NCBI GenBank assembly: GCA_951406725.2
Contig: OX597831.1
Span: 31,248,001 to 31,312,000 of the forward strand
DNA: 64,000 nt
Reading direction: 5' to 3'
Origin: Octopus vulgaris
Taxonomy: Eukaryota
Made by a program: the position numbers and the translations under genes. The notes below the pieces were generated by a model. That model saw only the letters and a list, made by a program, of their open reading frames with translations. It ran no database searches and was not told where the DNA came from. Positions 14,213 through 27,329 of the stretch are shown piece after piece; position 1 is the first letter of the stretch; each line of letters opens with the position of its first letter.

Positions 14213-14672
14213 GATGATGATGATCCTTCCTACAATAGACACAAGGCTTGATATTTTGGAGGATGGGACTAGTCGATTACACCGACTCCAGTGTTCAACT
14301 GGTGCTTATTTGATCGACACCGAAAGGATGAAAACCAAAGTCGACCTAGGCTGGATTTGAACTCAGAACGTGAAGACGGACGAAATGCAGCTAAGTATTT
14401 TGTCCGGCGTGCTAACGATTCTGCCGATTTTTCAAAACAAAAAACAATAATAATCCTTTCTACTATAGGCACAAAGCCATAAATTTGTTGGGGGGGGGGG
14501 GCTATTCGATTACATAGACCCCAGTGTTTCACTGGTACTTATTTTATCAGTCTCTAAAAGGTTGAAAGTTAAGTCGACCTCGGCCGAATTTTCAATTCAA
14601 GGCATAAAGACGGACCAAATACCAAATATCACTTTGTACGACGTGCTAACGATTCTGCCAGCTCACTGCCTT
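13965..14672 (-). mobile_element. Three consecutive diverged SINE-B copies interleaved with (AAT)n
   Basis: Repeated reverse-complement cores (GAAAGG(A/T)TGAAA...) at about 14040, 14320 and 14560. Confidence 0.8.
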
Positions 14673-14838
14673 ATTCCTAATAACCCTAATGACATCTGAT
14701 TTAGACACAAGGCCAGCAATTTTGAGAGGAGATGGTTATACGAGCATTCGAGTGTCAGAAAAGTAAAATGAATGAGTCCGTGGAAAGTGGTGGCAAATAT
14801 ATAAGGAAATATATTTAGTTAAATATATAGGAAGAAGT

Positions 14839-15242
14839 AAGGCGGCGAGCTGGCAGAAACGTTAACGCGCCGGGCGAAATGATTAGCGGTATTTCGTCTG
14901 CCGTTACGTTCTGAGTTCAAATTTCTCCGAGGTCGACTTTGCCTTTTATCCTTTCGGGGTCGATAAATTAAGTACCAGTTACGTACTGGTTCGATGTGAT
15001 CCACTTAATCCGTTTGTCTGTCCTTGTTTGTCCCCTCTGTGTTTAGCCCCTTGTGGGTAGTAAAGAAACAGGTATTTCGTCTGCCATTACGTTCTGAGTT
15101 CAGATTCCGCCGAGGTCGATTTTGCCTTTCATCCTTTCGGGGTCGATAAATAAAGTACCAGTTACGCTCTGGGGTCGATGTAATCGACTTAGTTCCTTTG
15201 TCTGTCCTTGTTTGTTCCCTCTATGTTTAGCTCCTTGTGGGC
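14839..15242 (+). mobile_element. SINE-B head-to-tail dimer with a single 14-bp TSD
   Basis: Second unit starts at internal GGTATTTCGTCTGCC (about 15071); ATATATAGGAAGAA at 14823-14836 and 15243-15256. Confidence 0.9.
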
Positions 15243-15904
15243 ATATATAGGAAGAATTTCGTAAGTGTAGGTAGGAAGAAGTGGGAATGAGAGAGAAAGA
15301 AATATCAATATTTAGGGACAATTATTCTTCCAGAAAAAAGTTGTTGATTTTTTTTTTTTGTAGAAAATTTTATTCTATAAAAGGAAAATAAATACGTATT
15401 TTTTTTCACTTAAACTAAAAGAGAGCCACGATATGACAACTTTCTTTTCTCCCTACGGCATAACAGCCTTATTTACACTCACAAACTTTCTCGAAAAGTT
15501 ATTAGTTTCGGTTTCCTTTCTATTATCCTTCTCAATCTTAATTGATTTCTAAATCTTCATTAACGTTCCTTTCTAATTAGTTTAATATTTTTACGCCGAT
15601 AACTGACGGTGCGCGGAATATTGGTTCGGATTTAATTTCTGTTAATCTAATCTGTATCGAGGTAATAGTTGATGTGAGTGCTTTCGAGAAAAAGTTTGCT
15701 GATATTAATTATAGTGTTACTAAAGTAATTGTGGATGGTAGAATTAATAGTGCAGCCGTCAAAATATTATGCAGTATTAATAATTATGTTCCTTTGCTTT
15801 AAGTTCAAATCCCGGCTAGATCAATGTCTGTTTCTCATCCCTCTAGGTTCAGTTATAATAAGTAACAGTCAAATGCTGAGGCTGATTTCATCGACCATAC
15901 CTAT

Positions 15905-16133
15905 CTATTCCTTTACTACCCACAAGGGGCTAAACACAGAGGGGACAAACAAGGACAAACAAACGGATTAAGTCGATTATATCGACCTCAGTGCGTAAAT
16001 GGTACTTATCGACCCCGAAAGGATGAAAGGCAAAGTCGACCTCGGCGGAATTTGAACTCAGAACGTAACGGCAGACGAAATACGGCTACGCATTTCGCCC
16101 GGCGTGCTAACGTTTCAGCCAGCTCGCTGCCTT
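15905..16133 (-). mobile_element. SINE-B with 16-bp TSD
   Basis: TCGACCATACCTATCT (15891) and TCGACTATACCTATCT (16135). Confidence 0.9.
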
Positions 16134-16914
16134 ATCGACTATACCTATCTGCAAATTGTAGCCGCTTAACTATTTGAGAAATCGATACAATGATCTTCTG
16201 TTCAAATCCCAGCATATCACATGATCCATACTTTCTCGAGACAACGAGGCAATCACTACATGGTTACCTGGCCTGCTGGAAACAGCACCCATATTTTTAT
16301 CAAAACCTGTTATATTGTCTTACAGAAAATGAACACATTGCACCGCGTGCAACTGTGCTCAGTTCACATAAGAAAAATATGATGGTCACAATTGCAATGC
16401 TTTCGATCATGGGTCTGCTTAATCACAGCTGATCTGCAGCTAAGCATCAATAGCAACAACAACATTAATGCTTCCCCGCTGTAACTCATATTTCTAACCC
16501 CCATGTAATGTGCCTTTTAATGAAATCGACTAAAAGTGGTGGAACCTTAAAAAGACCCAGTGACTTTAGAACACATATGTCAAGTCACAATGTCCATAGA
16601 CTTTGGCAATATTTCTCTGCTTCCTTAAGGACATATTTTTTGACAAGCAGCTCTTCAGAACAACCACAAACTCCTTTCTTAACTTCTGCCTGCTCATCAG
16701 GCACAGCGTCAGTTGTTTCACAGTAACCTTGGGTGAAACACGTTCACGTAGCAAGTATGGAGTTTATAAACAACGTATAAGTATGCTATGAACCTGGTTA
16801 CATGTGAATCGTAGTTGTTAACCAAGTGTGTTGCTCGTTGCAAATACTAATCGGTCGAACGAATCGAATTCAGAGTCCATAGATTATTTATGTTTTATTC
16901 TTTTAACCAGTTAT

Positions 16915-17380
16915 GAGGCACAGTTGTGTGATAAGACGCTTGGTTCCCAGCCACATGGTTCCGGGTTCAGCCTCACTACGTGGTACCATGAGTAAGTGTC
17001 TTCTACCATAGCCTGACCAAAGCCTTCTGGGTGGATTTGATAGGAAACCGCCGCGTATGCGTGTGCATGAGTGTGTGAGTGTGTGTGTCTGTGTGTGCAT
17101 GAGTGTGTGAGTGTGTGTGTGCATGAGTGTGTGTGCGTGCATGTACGTCTGTGTCTTTGTGGCTTTGTATGTCTCACCCCACTACCACTTTACGACCGAT
17201 ACTGGTATGTTTACAACCATGTAAGCAAGCGGGCTGGCGAAAGAATCATAGAATAGGTACCAGATTTATTTTAAAAAACAAGTACAGATGTCGATTCTTT
17301 CAATAAAAATTCTTTAAGACGGTGCTTTGGCATGGCCGCAATCTAATGATTGAAATAAGTAAAAGACAAATTATAAAAGA
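16915..17380 (+). mobile_element. SINE family A, diverged
   Basis: Homologous to 47280-47745. Confidence 0.85.
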
Positions 17381-17614
17381 TGAGCTTTCGTGTAAAACAT
17401 TGGCTTCCGATGCCAATATCCACTATCAATTCTCACCTGGTTAATTTTAATTAATATTGCATAGTAATCAATTTGTGACTTATTTAGCCACATTACGCTT
17501 TATTTATATACCAGCTTCGCAATTCCCCTTCTCCAGAAGGACCCCAAATCATCTCGGAGAGGAGCATTTACAACCATGTTGATATATGTAATTGATTTGG
17601 TCATCAAGTTTAAA

Positions 17615-18016
17615 GATTATATCGACTCCAGTGTTCAGCTAGTATTTATGTTATCGACCCCAAAAGGATGAAAGTCAAAGTTGACCTCGGTGGAATTCAA
17701 ACTCAGAACGTAAAGCCAGAAGAAATGCTGTTATGCATTTTTACCGACGCTCTAACGAAGCTGCCCGATCGCCGTCGTCTCTTCGCATCTGATAATATAT
17801 AATTGTAAGGTCGTGAGCTAGCAGAATCGTTAGCACGCCAGGTAAAATGTGGCATTTCGTCCGTCTTTACTTTCTGGTGCAAATCCCGCCGAAATCGACT
17901 TTGCCTTTCATCCATTCGGGATCGATAAAATAAGGATCAGGTGAGCACTGGGGTGAATGTAATCCACTTAACACCTCCCCGAAATTGCTGCCTAGTGCCA
18001 AAATTTGAAACCAATA
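17615..18016. mobile_element. Head-to-head pair of diverged SINE-B copies
   Basis: Minus copy about 17615-17780, plus copy about 17806-18016. Confidence 0.8.
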
Positions 18017-19165
18017 ATATACAACTGTCCAATGTTTTTCCGTAGCCTGTTAAATGCTTTGAACAAAAGCTAATCCATTTTACTTGTCTGTTATCGTCTC
18101 TATTGATCTTTGTCACTCCCATCTGTTGGCAAATGATAATTGCAGCACAGTACCGTAAGACATTCAATATCTAAAAACTGTGAGCAGCGCCAATCTGTGC
18201 TCGGTGTTCTTTAGTAATTTGATCGATCACTGATAACATCCAGTCGCTAGATTTCTGATTATTTTTTTTTAATCGACTCGAGTCATAATCTTTCTTTCAT
18301 TTAGAGTTGTTGAAGTAAAAACTGAAGTTCTTAAATTTTGCTATAAGCTGTATTTCTAGATGTTTTCACCCTTTGTTAATTTCTATATATTTTTGTCTTC
18401 GTAAATGACACCTGCTTGTGTATATGATAGCAGCATTCCTCTCTCTTTGTAAACCAATGACATAGTTTTTCTGAGCCATGCATTTTTAGAAATTTTCTCG
18501 AAGGCACAATCTTCTAAAACTATTATTTAGTCTGCATTCTTGATGGCTGATGTTGCTCGGCTAAGTAAGACAACATATTTCTTCTATACGAGTGTAATTT
18601 ACTGGCGTAGCTGCATCGCACATTTATCTAAATAACTAAGATATTTTACATCCTAGTAGGTTTTTATTCACTTCATATACGAAATCGAGAGATCTTCTAT
18701 ATCGTTTTTTTTTTTTCGTAAAGTAGAAACAAGTCTTGATTGATTTCAAAAGTTCAGTGGAATATTTCTTGGTAGTTCCACCATATGCAATAGCTGACCT
18801 CGATCTCCAGCATTTTCTTACTTGAAATGAATTAATTGCAAAGCTTTTGGAGAGTGATCACTACAGTAAGTAGTCCCTCTCTATGAAAGGACTCAGATTG
18901 GCGTTATATGTGTACTGTGTGTGCGCGCGCGCACATGCATCCATCGATGCATGCATGCATACAGACATACATACATGCATGTTTTCATACATATGCTTTT
19001 CAAGAACAGGAATTCTATGAGCGCGGAATCATGAAGTTGCCAGAAAGATGACAAAAAGTCATCGAACAAAATGGAAAATATATAATTGATTAAAGTTCAT
19101 TCTTTGTATGGAAAAAATTGACTTTTATTTTACTCTAAAAAACCGAAGTTACTTTCTTGCCAACA

Positions 19166-19204
<39 letters not shown>

Positions 19205-19329
19205 TGGATTTTTTTAGTTTTCATCTACGAAATCTATCTATACACAAGGATTTGATTGACCCTTAACCATGTGGTTGGGAATGGGAAGCAAGTTTCTTAC
19301 CACGGAGCCACACCTACGCAACCACACTT

Positions 19330-19525
19330 GTGCTCTTCTTGAACTTTTTTTCGCCTTCTCTGGACCTTTCCTTTCCCCTTTTTCTGATGAAAAACCATAC
19401 CAAAAACGTTATAAATCTACTCTTTTTTCAACCTTTACTGAGCGTGAAACTCATTCATTCTATGTGTACGGCATTTTGACTTTTGTTGTTTTGTTACTTG
19501 TTTTGTTACTTCGATTTGCCTAAAT
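19330..19525 (+). mobile_element. Degenerate Penelope-type terminal repeat (same family as 20392-20590, opposite orientation)
   Basis: Shares TGGAC..TTT..CTGATGAA....AAACGT..CTGAGCGT with the reverse complement of 20392-20590; ends at TA-rich sequence; ribozyme stem II decayed. Confidence 0.55.
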
Positions 19526-19539
19526 ATATATTGTGTGTG

Positions 19540-19581
<42 letters not shown>

Positions 19582-19584
<3 letters not shown>

Positions 19585-20252
19585 CCGGTCCAGAGAACAA
19601 GGTGTCATCATACCACTTTTCTCCTCCTTTGTACGGCCACACCTCGAATACTGCTGCCCACTGTGGTCTCCCCATACAAGACAAATCATCTCGAGGATTA
19701 AATCATCCCAGAGGGCACTCACTAAACGAATTGAAGGCATGACTGCTCTCGATTATTGGGATCGCCTTAAAGCCTTGAAACTTTACTCTCTCCAGCGTCG
19801 CCGTGAGCGGTACATCATTTGTACTATGTGGAGAATATACCGCCAACTTTGCCCAAACTTCCTGAACATTAGCTTCAAGGTTCATCCAAGACTGGGACCA
19901 CGGGACATACGTCCCCTGCCTAATTCAAGATCACAGCATACATGTACACTGCAACATAATTTATTTTCCTCAACAGGCCCTGCCCTATTTAACATTGTCC
20001 CGAAATAGATCAAAGAGGAAAAGGATCCTATCAACTTTAAACGGAGTCTGGATAGATTCCTTCAAGGAATACCAGATAAGCCACCCATAATTGGATACCA
20101 CTCACCCAACAAAAACTCACTACTTGAATGGAGCATAAACAAAACTTGACTTAAACAGGATTTAGATAATCCTATCAGGTGGTGCTATTAGGTTAGACAT
20201 GGCCTGGACCAATCTTTGGTCGAAACATATCTAAGTTTTATCTAAGTTTTAT
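19582..20252 (+). mobile_element. CR1-group LINE 3' fragment inserted in (TA)n
   Basis: FVRPHLEYCCPLWSPH...QRALTKRIEGM..LDYWDRLKALKLYSLQRRRER; 3' stem-loop and duplicated CTAAGTTTTAT tail. Confidence 0.92.
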
Positions 20253-20274
20253 ATATATATATATACATACATAC

Positions 20275-20319
<45 letters not shown>

Positions 20320-20356
20320 TATGTATGTATATAAATATATATATATATGTATGTGT

Positions 20357-20395
<39 letters not shown>

Positions 20396-20488
20396 ATCCA
20401 AATATGAACAAGCAAGAAAAAACAACACGAGGACGTTGAATAAGTACAGTGTTATTGGACGCTCAGGAAAGGAAAGAAAAGAAAGAGG

Positions 20489-20523
20489 ATTTCACGTTTC
20501 GAGCGAAGCTCTTCATCAGAAAT
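20489..20523 (-). ncRNA. Minimal type I hammerhead-like motif (non-canonical GUG cleavage triplet)
   Basis: Minus strand: AUUU-CUGAUGA-A-GAGC(uuc)GCUC-GAAA-CG-UG-AAAU, inside the 20392-20590 repeat next to (TA)n. Confidence 0.7.
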
Positions 20524-20593
20524 ATAGAAAAAGTCCAAAGAAGGGAAGACAGAGAAAGAAGATCGCCAACGATACACACGCGGTTACATATTG

Positions 20594-20670
<77 letters not shown>

Positions 20671-20744
20671 TAGATACAGGTATTTATTGTCTTACTGTTT
20701 TTATCAATATATATATATATATACATATATACACACACACACAC

Positions 20745-20827
<83 letters not shown>

Positions 20828-21359
20828 ACGGGCTTTTACCAAATGTACTTACAAAGTTTTGGCCGGCCCAAGCCTATAGTAGAGGACACTTGCCCAAGGT
20901 GTCACGTAGTAGGACTGAATCCTGAACAATATGGTTGAGAAACAAGCTTCTTAACACACGGTCTCGCCTGCGCCTATATACTTATATATACTTACTATTA
21001 ATTTATACAATACTGTCTACGCACACATCAAAAGTACACACATATACAGGCACATTTTCATACACACAGACACACACACGTACATGTACACAAAGATATA
21101 TTAACAAACATGTACATACACACATGCATACAGACACACGCAAACACAAATAAACATACTCACACACATAGACACCGCTACATTCATGCATATATATACA
21201 TGCCATTGATTAATACACCTAATTACTGTCGTATGAACACACCCAATAATTAAATTGTTGAGCAAGTTATTTCTTTTACTTCACCTTCCGTTCTCTGGCA
21301 CTCAAACACAGTTATTTTCTACAAATTTTGTTCAAAAGATTACAATATGCTAATCAATG

Positions 21360-22130
21360 AAAGGGTTGGAGGAAGGGCTGGAGAGTGGGAAGAGTGATGT
21401 AGAGGGGGAAGGTGGACATGAGATGAGATATGTATAGAGTAGTGGTGGAGATGGCGACGGCGGCAGAAGCGGCGGAGGTAGTGGTGGCAGTGAGGATTTT
21501 TGTGTTGCTTGTGTTGATGATGATGCCGATGATGGTTATTGGTGTGGTTGCGGTGATAGTGTCGATGGTCCATAGTGATGAGGGTGGCGATGGTGGTATG
21601 ATTGATTAAGTGATGTAGATGCGGCGTTCGTTCTGGTGATGATGATGCTAATAATGATGATGGAGTGCGGGCTGATAATGGTGGTGGTGGTGGTGGTGTC
21701 GACAGCGGCGATGTTCATTGTGGTGTGTATAGTGGTATTAGAAAGTATTGTGGTAGTAGTGCTGTTTTCAAGATGATGAACTTTGATCATGACGACGACG
21801 ACGACGATGATGATGATGAGGAGGATGAGGAGGAGGATGATGATGATGATGATGAGGAGGAGGAGGAGGACAAGAAGATCACTTCAATGACGAAGATGAT
21901 GATGATTGTTGTGGTGGTAGTATTGCTTGTGGGGGGGGGGGTCATAAGGGCCATTGGTAACAGTGTTTGTGATGATTGCGGGGTGAGGTTGATGGTTGTG
22001 ATGGTGATAGCGTGGGGTGAACTGGTCTCATTAGTGACGGTCATTTCACAGCTGGTGTCAATGGTGGTGGCAGCAGTGGCAGCGGCGGCGGCGGCGGCGG
22101 TGGCAGCTGTGGTGGTGCATATGGCGACCA
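21360..22130. repeat. Degenerate (GGT/GAT/GAG)n low-complexity region
   Basis: Directly visible. Confidence 0.85.
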
Positions 22131-22394
22131 TACTTTCACATAGTAACATGTGACAAGCTGTAATCAAAGGCCCTGACTGTAATTATCTGATTGACTGAGA
22201 TCATCAGTCACGACAGCAAAGTTTTCTTTTTAATTATTTCTTTCTTTATTTTTTCGAGATGGGGATTTTGTTGGTTTTGGTATTTGCTTTTGGGTTTTCT
22301 CATCTTTGTTTTTGAAAAACCTTAATTATCACAAATAAATTATTATAAAACAACAACAACAATAATAATATTGAAGAGGTGGAGGTTACAGATT

Positions 22395-22634
<240 letters not shown>

Positions 22635-23595
22635 CTGCTGCCTTAGATATTCTTACTGATAAATGGCAAGAAAAACTTCTCAATGGCAAATACCCAAAGA
22701 GAGCTAATAATGCCGATGTTGACAAAGCCCTTACCCATCAATGGTCAGTGGCTTCTGGCTTAAAATCTGAAACAAGGGTTTATCATACCAGCCCAAGATC
22801 AATGCCTACCTACAAGAAACTACCAGGACAACATATTAAAGATCGGCAGTAACCCAACATGTGTATGTCAACAACAAAATGAAACCATTGATCATGTTGT
22901 CTCCAAGTGCAGTCTTCTTGCGCCTACAGAGTATCTCAACAGGCATGATAGAGCTGCACAATATATTCACAGGGTAATTTGCAAAAGCCTGGACCTGTCC
23001 CATGATACAAACTGGTGGGAACACAAACCACCTCCAGTGCTTGCAAATGATCACATCTCACTCCTCTGGAACTTCATTCAAACTGACAGAAAGATAGATG
23101 CGAATAGGCCAGACATTATATTGAAAGACTTCAGATAAAAATTATGCCCCCTTATTGATATGACTGTCCCAATCGACATAAATGTATCTGTCAAGACCGA
23201 CCAAAAACTGAGCAAGTATAAAGATCTTGAAATAGAAATTGGCAAAATGTGGAATCTGAAGACTAAAACAATACCTATACCTGTTGTCTTAGGTGCCCTA
23301 GGAATGATAGCAAAAGGGTCTGATACCAGGAAACCCCAAAATGGCAGAAATTCAAAAGATAGTACTCATGGCAGCTGCCCATATCCTACGTAAAATACTG
23401 TCTATGTAATCTCAAATTTTAAAACATAATTTTCTTGTTTTCTTAAACATTCTCTAGAACAATACTATGTGCAAAACTAAATATATAACGCCCTAGGCAT
23501 AACACCAACATGAACGTCTAACTTGTTGTCTCTTAAGGTCTCTGGGTGAGACTTGGAGCTAACTTGTACAAATACAAAGCAAAAGTCAAGCATAT
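22635..23595 (+). mobile_element. 5'-truncated R4/Dong LINE (zinc knuckle, RLE endonuclease, 3' UTR) inserted in (TAA)n
   Basis: AQDQCLPTRNY, C..QQNETIDHVVSKC, YLNRHD, NRPDIILKD..LIDMTVP, KLSKYKDLEIEIGKMWNLKT, VVLGALG, AHILRKILSM*; TAA repeats on both sides. Confidence 0.95.
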
Positions 23596-23692
23596 AATAA
23601 TAATAAGAAGAAGAACAACAACAACAACAAAAACAACAACAACAATAATAATAATAACAACAACAACAACAATAACGATGATGATGATGATA

Positions 23693-23723
<31 letters not shown>

Positions 23724-23739
23724 CAATGATGATGATAAC

Positions 23740-23780
<41 letters not shown>

Positions 23781-24182
23781 CGATGATGATGATGACGAAC
23801 AACAGCAGCAGCAGTAGCAAGCAGCAGCAGCCGTTCAAGAGTTTGAACCTGGAGATCTCCATTTCGAGCGACTTCGAGGGCCACCTCCCGGTGGTGTCGG
23901 GCGTCAACGAAGAGCCCTCGACTACAACAAGGCAACCAAAGTTTTTTTCCAAGGTCTGGGGTCTCCCACCCTTAAGCCCTAGACCATCACCTAATCACCC
24001 TTACTCGTCTTGTTGCTTAACAACAACAACAACACAGCGGCGGCAGCAGCAGCAGCAGCAGCAGCTTGAATGACATTGAGCATTTTCAAAGAAAATACAA
24101 CAGGAATGAAAAAAAATGAAACATAGCACGAAGCGAAAAATTGTATCAAAGGAGAAAAACTGATTACAAAAGCAAAGAAACA

Positions 24183-25950
24183 AAGGAAGGAAGGAAGGAA
24201 GGAAGGAAGGAAGGAAGGAAGGAAGGAAGGAAGGAAGGAAGGAAGGAAGGAAGGAAGGAAGGAAGGAAGGAAGGAAGGAAGGAAGGAAGGACAGAAGGAA
24301 GGAAGGAAGGAAGGAAGGAAGGAAGGAAGGAAGGAAGGAAGGAAGGAAGGAAGGAAGGAAGGAAGGAAGGAAGGAAGGAAGGAAGGAAGGAAGGAAGGAA
24401 GGAAGGAAGGAAGGAAGGAAGGAAGGACGGAAGGAAGGAAGGAAGGAAGGAAGGAAGGAAAGGAAAGGAAGGAAGGAAGGAAGGAAGGAAGGAAGGAAGG
24501 AAGGAAGGAAGGAAGGAAGGAAGGAAGGAAGGAAGGAAGGAAGGAAGGAAGGAAGGAAGGAAGGAAGGAAGGAAGGAAGGAAGGAAGGAAGGAAGGAAGG
24601 AAGGAAAGAAGGATGGATGGATGGAAGGAAGGAAGGAAGGAAGGAAGGAAGGAAGGAAGGAAGGAAGGAAGGAAAGAAAGGAAGAAAGGAAGGAAGGAAG
24701 GACGGAAGGAAGGAAGGAAGGAAGGAAGGAAGGAAGGAAGGACGGAAAGAAGGAAGGAAGGAAGGACGGAAGGAACGAAGGAAGGAACGAAGGAAGGAAC
24801 GAAGGAACGAAGGAAGGAACGAAGGACGGAAGGAACGAAGGAAGGAACGAAGGAAGGAAGGAAAGGAAGGAACGAAGGAACGAAGGAAGGAACGAAGGAA
24901 GGAAGGAAGGAAGGAAGGAAGGAAGGAAGGAAGGAAGGAAGGAAGGAAGGAAGAAGGAAGGAAGGAAGGAAGGAAGGAAGGAAGGAAGGAAGGAAGGAAG
25001 GAAGGAAGGAAGGACGGAAGGAAGGAAGGAAGGAAGGAAGGAAGGAAGGAAGGAAGGAAGGAAGGAAGGAAGGAAGGAAGGAAGGAAGGAAGGAAGGAAG
25101 GAAGGAAGGAAGGAAGGAAGGAAGGAAGGAAGGAAGGAAGGAAGGAAGGAAGGAAGGAAGGAAGGAAGGAAGGAAGGAAGGAAGGAAGGAAGGATGGATG
25201 GAAGGAAGGAAGGAAGGAAGGAAGGAAGGAAGGAAGGAAGGAAGGAAGGAAGGAAGGAAGGAAGGAAGGAAGGAAGGAAGGAAGGAAGGAAGGAAGGAAG
25301 GAAGGAAGGAAGGAAGGAAGGAAGGAAGGAAGGAAGGAAGGAAGGAAAGGAAGGAAGGAAGGAAGGAAGGAAGGAAGGAAGGAAGGACGAAGGAAGGAAG
25401 GAAGGAAGGAAGGAAGGAAGGAAGGAAGGAAGGAAGGAAGGAAGGAAGGAAGGAAGGAAGGAAGGAAGGAAGGAAGGAAGGAAGGAAGGAAGGAACGAAG
25501 GAAGGAACGAAGGAACGAAGGAAGGAACGAAGGAACGAAGGAAGGAACGAAGGAAGGAAGGAAGGAACGAAGGAAGGAAGGAAGGAAGGAAGGAAGGAAG
25601 GAAGGAAGGACGGAAGGAAGGAAGGAAGGAAGGAAGGAAGGAAGGAAGGAAGGAAGGAAGGAAGGAAGGAAGGAAGGAAGGAAGGAAGGAAGGAAGGAAG
25701 GAAGGAAGGAAGGAAGGAAGGAAGGAAGGAAGGAGGAAGGAAGGAAGGAAGGAAGGAGGAACGGAAGGAAGGAAGGAAGGAAGGAAGGAAGGAAGGAAGG
25801 AAGGAAGGAAGGACGGAAGGAAGGACGGAAGGAAGGAAGGAAGGAAGGAAGGAAGGAAGGAAGGAAGGAAGGAAGGAAGGAAGGAAGGAAGGAAGGAAGG
25901 AAGGAAGGAAGGAAGGAAGGAAGGAAGGAAGGAAGGAAGGAAGGAAGGAA
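24183..25950. repeat. About 1.77-kb (GGAA)n polypurine microsatellite with GGAC/CGAA variants
   Basis: Directly visible; source of the 470-670 aa PSFL/EGRK ORFs. Confidence 0.98.
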
Positions 25951-26219
25951 CAGTCTTTTAAATGCTGTCCTTGCATTTATATACGCCACAAAAATCCGGG
26001 AAACCAACCTTATGAACTTACGGCTTAGGAAGGACCTTTCACCTCTGATATACTGTTAATATATATTGTGTACATTACATATATATACACTCGCACATTC
26101 ATCTATTGTACATATATATATTTATGTGTGTATACATAATGCATACATACATATGTGTGTGCCCGCGTGCATATATGAATATATATATTACATATGTATA
26201 TGTTTATATGAAAGAATAA

Positions 26220-26555
26220 AACGTAAAGAGCCTTCGGTTATGAATGGCCACAGGATTGCACCTAGAAAGTTTTTCTCCGAGGCACAAGTCACGGCAAGTT
26301 TGTGTATGAAAAACCACCAGTCGCCTATGCATACAAGCCTCCCCACTCCACTTCACCGATGTTATATAAGGGAAAGGGGAAGGCCGATACAGCTTGGCAC
26401 CTGTGACGTCGCTTACTCTCGGCGTGGGTCGTGTGTTATGTTCTTGAGCAAGACACTTTAGTTCCACGCTGCTCCAGTTCACTCAGCTCTACAAATGAGT
26501 AGCGAGGTCACAGGTGCCAAGCTGTATCGGCCTTCCCCTTTCCCTTATATAACAT
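26220..26555. mobile_element. Rearranged SINE (family C) with internal inversion and a perfect 49-bp inverted repeat
   Basis: 26359-26407 is the exact reverse complement of 26507-26555; spacer has GTTCTTGAGCAAGACACTT, matching the SINE at 49548-49850. Confidence 0.8.
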
Positions 26556-26675
26556 ACATACATATGTGAGGCAATGTTACATATGTGTGTATGTGTAAGT
26601 ATGTATGTATGCATGTATGCATGTATTATGTATGTATGTATGTATGTATGCATGTATGTATGTATGTATGTATGC

Positions 26676-26812
26676 ATTGCCTTTCATCCTTTCGGGATCG
26701 ATAAATAAAAGTACCAGTTTCGCACTGGGGTCGATGTAATCGACTTAATCCCTTTGTCTGTCTGTCCTTGTTTGTCTTCTCTATGTTTAGCCCCTTGTCG
26801 GCAATAAAGAAA
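26676..26812 (+). mobile_element. 5'-truncated SINE-B
   Basis: Core and tail present. Confidence 0.85.
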
Positions 26813-27329
26813 TATATATGTATGTAGGAAAAGATAGTAAACTGTAATGTCGGAGAGAAAGGGAAAAGGCAAGCGAAGGGCAATTGAATTTGAAAAGTGC
26901 AAAAACCCGCAAGTCCAAAATTCAAAGGTACACACGACATACAAAAAAGAAATACATTCACTGACACACAAAAATGGAAAATTGACCAAAATATAAAATG
27001 ATTACTTGATATATTAAACTGATATTAACTTCACTCAAGATTAAATATGAATATAGCTATCAATAGAGACCAAAAGCGAAAGAAAAAAAAGGAAAAACTG
27101 AGAAAAGAAAATCCGAAATAACGAAAAACCCTCAAGCCTTATAAATCTTGCCAGTAATTGATTTTCAACTGATACGACCGAATTGTATAGGTCAGCGATA
27201 TAGAACGCAGAAAGCGTCTAAACTTTTTAATACTTTGTGGCAGATAGCTGATATTAATAAGAGACAAACGAAAGTGAAAGTGACAGATTTTGAGTTGTGA
27301 AATGGGTAAAAATTGTTCTTCCACATTGT

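Noticed and set aside
16440-16800. Possible host exon in unique sequence (also 58000-59050, 62250-62930, 63800-64000)
   Set aside because: Short ORFs with no recognisable domain; more likely old repeat debris. Small exons cannot be excluded without RNA-seq.
20195-20235. GACC..GGTC-GAAAC hairpin as a hammerhead
   Set aside because: No CUGANGA upstream; it is the CR1 3' terminal stem-loop.
23546-24073. 175-aa ORF as a host exon
   Set aside because: Mostly microsatellite; the unique part matches no family I recognise and shows no clear splice context.
23991-26059. 470-670 aa ORFs (PSFL / EGRK)
   Set aside because: Stop-free translations of the (GGAA)n array in nearly all frames.
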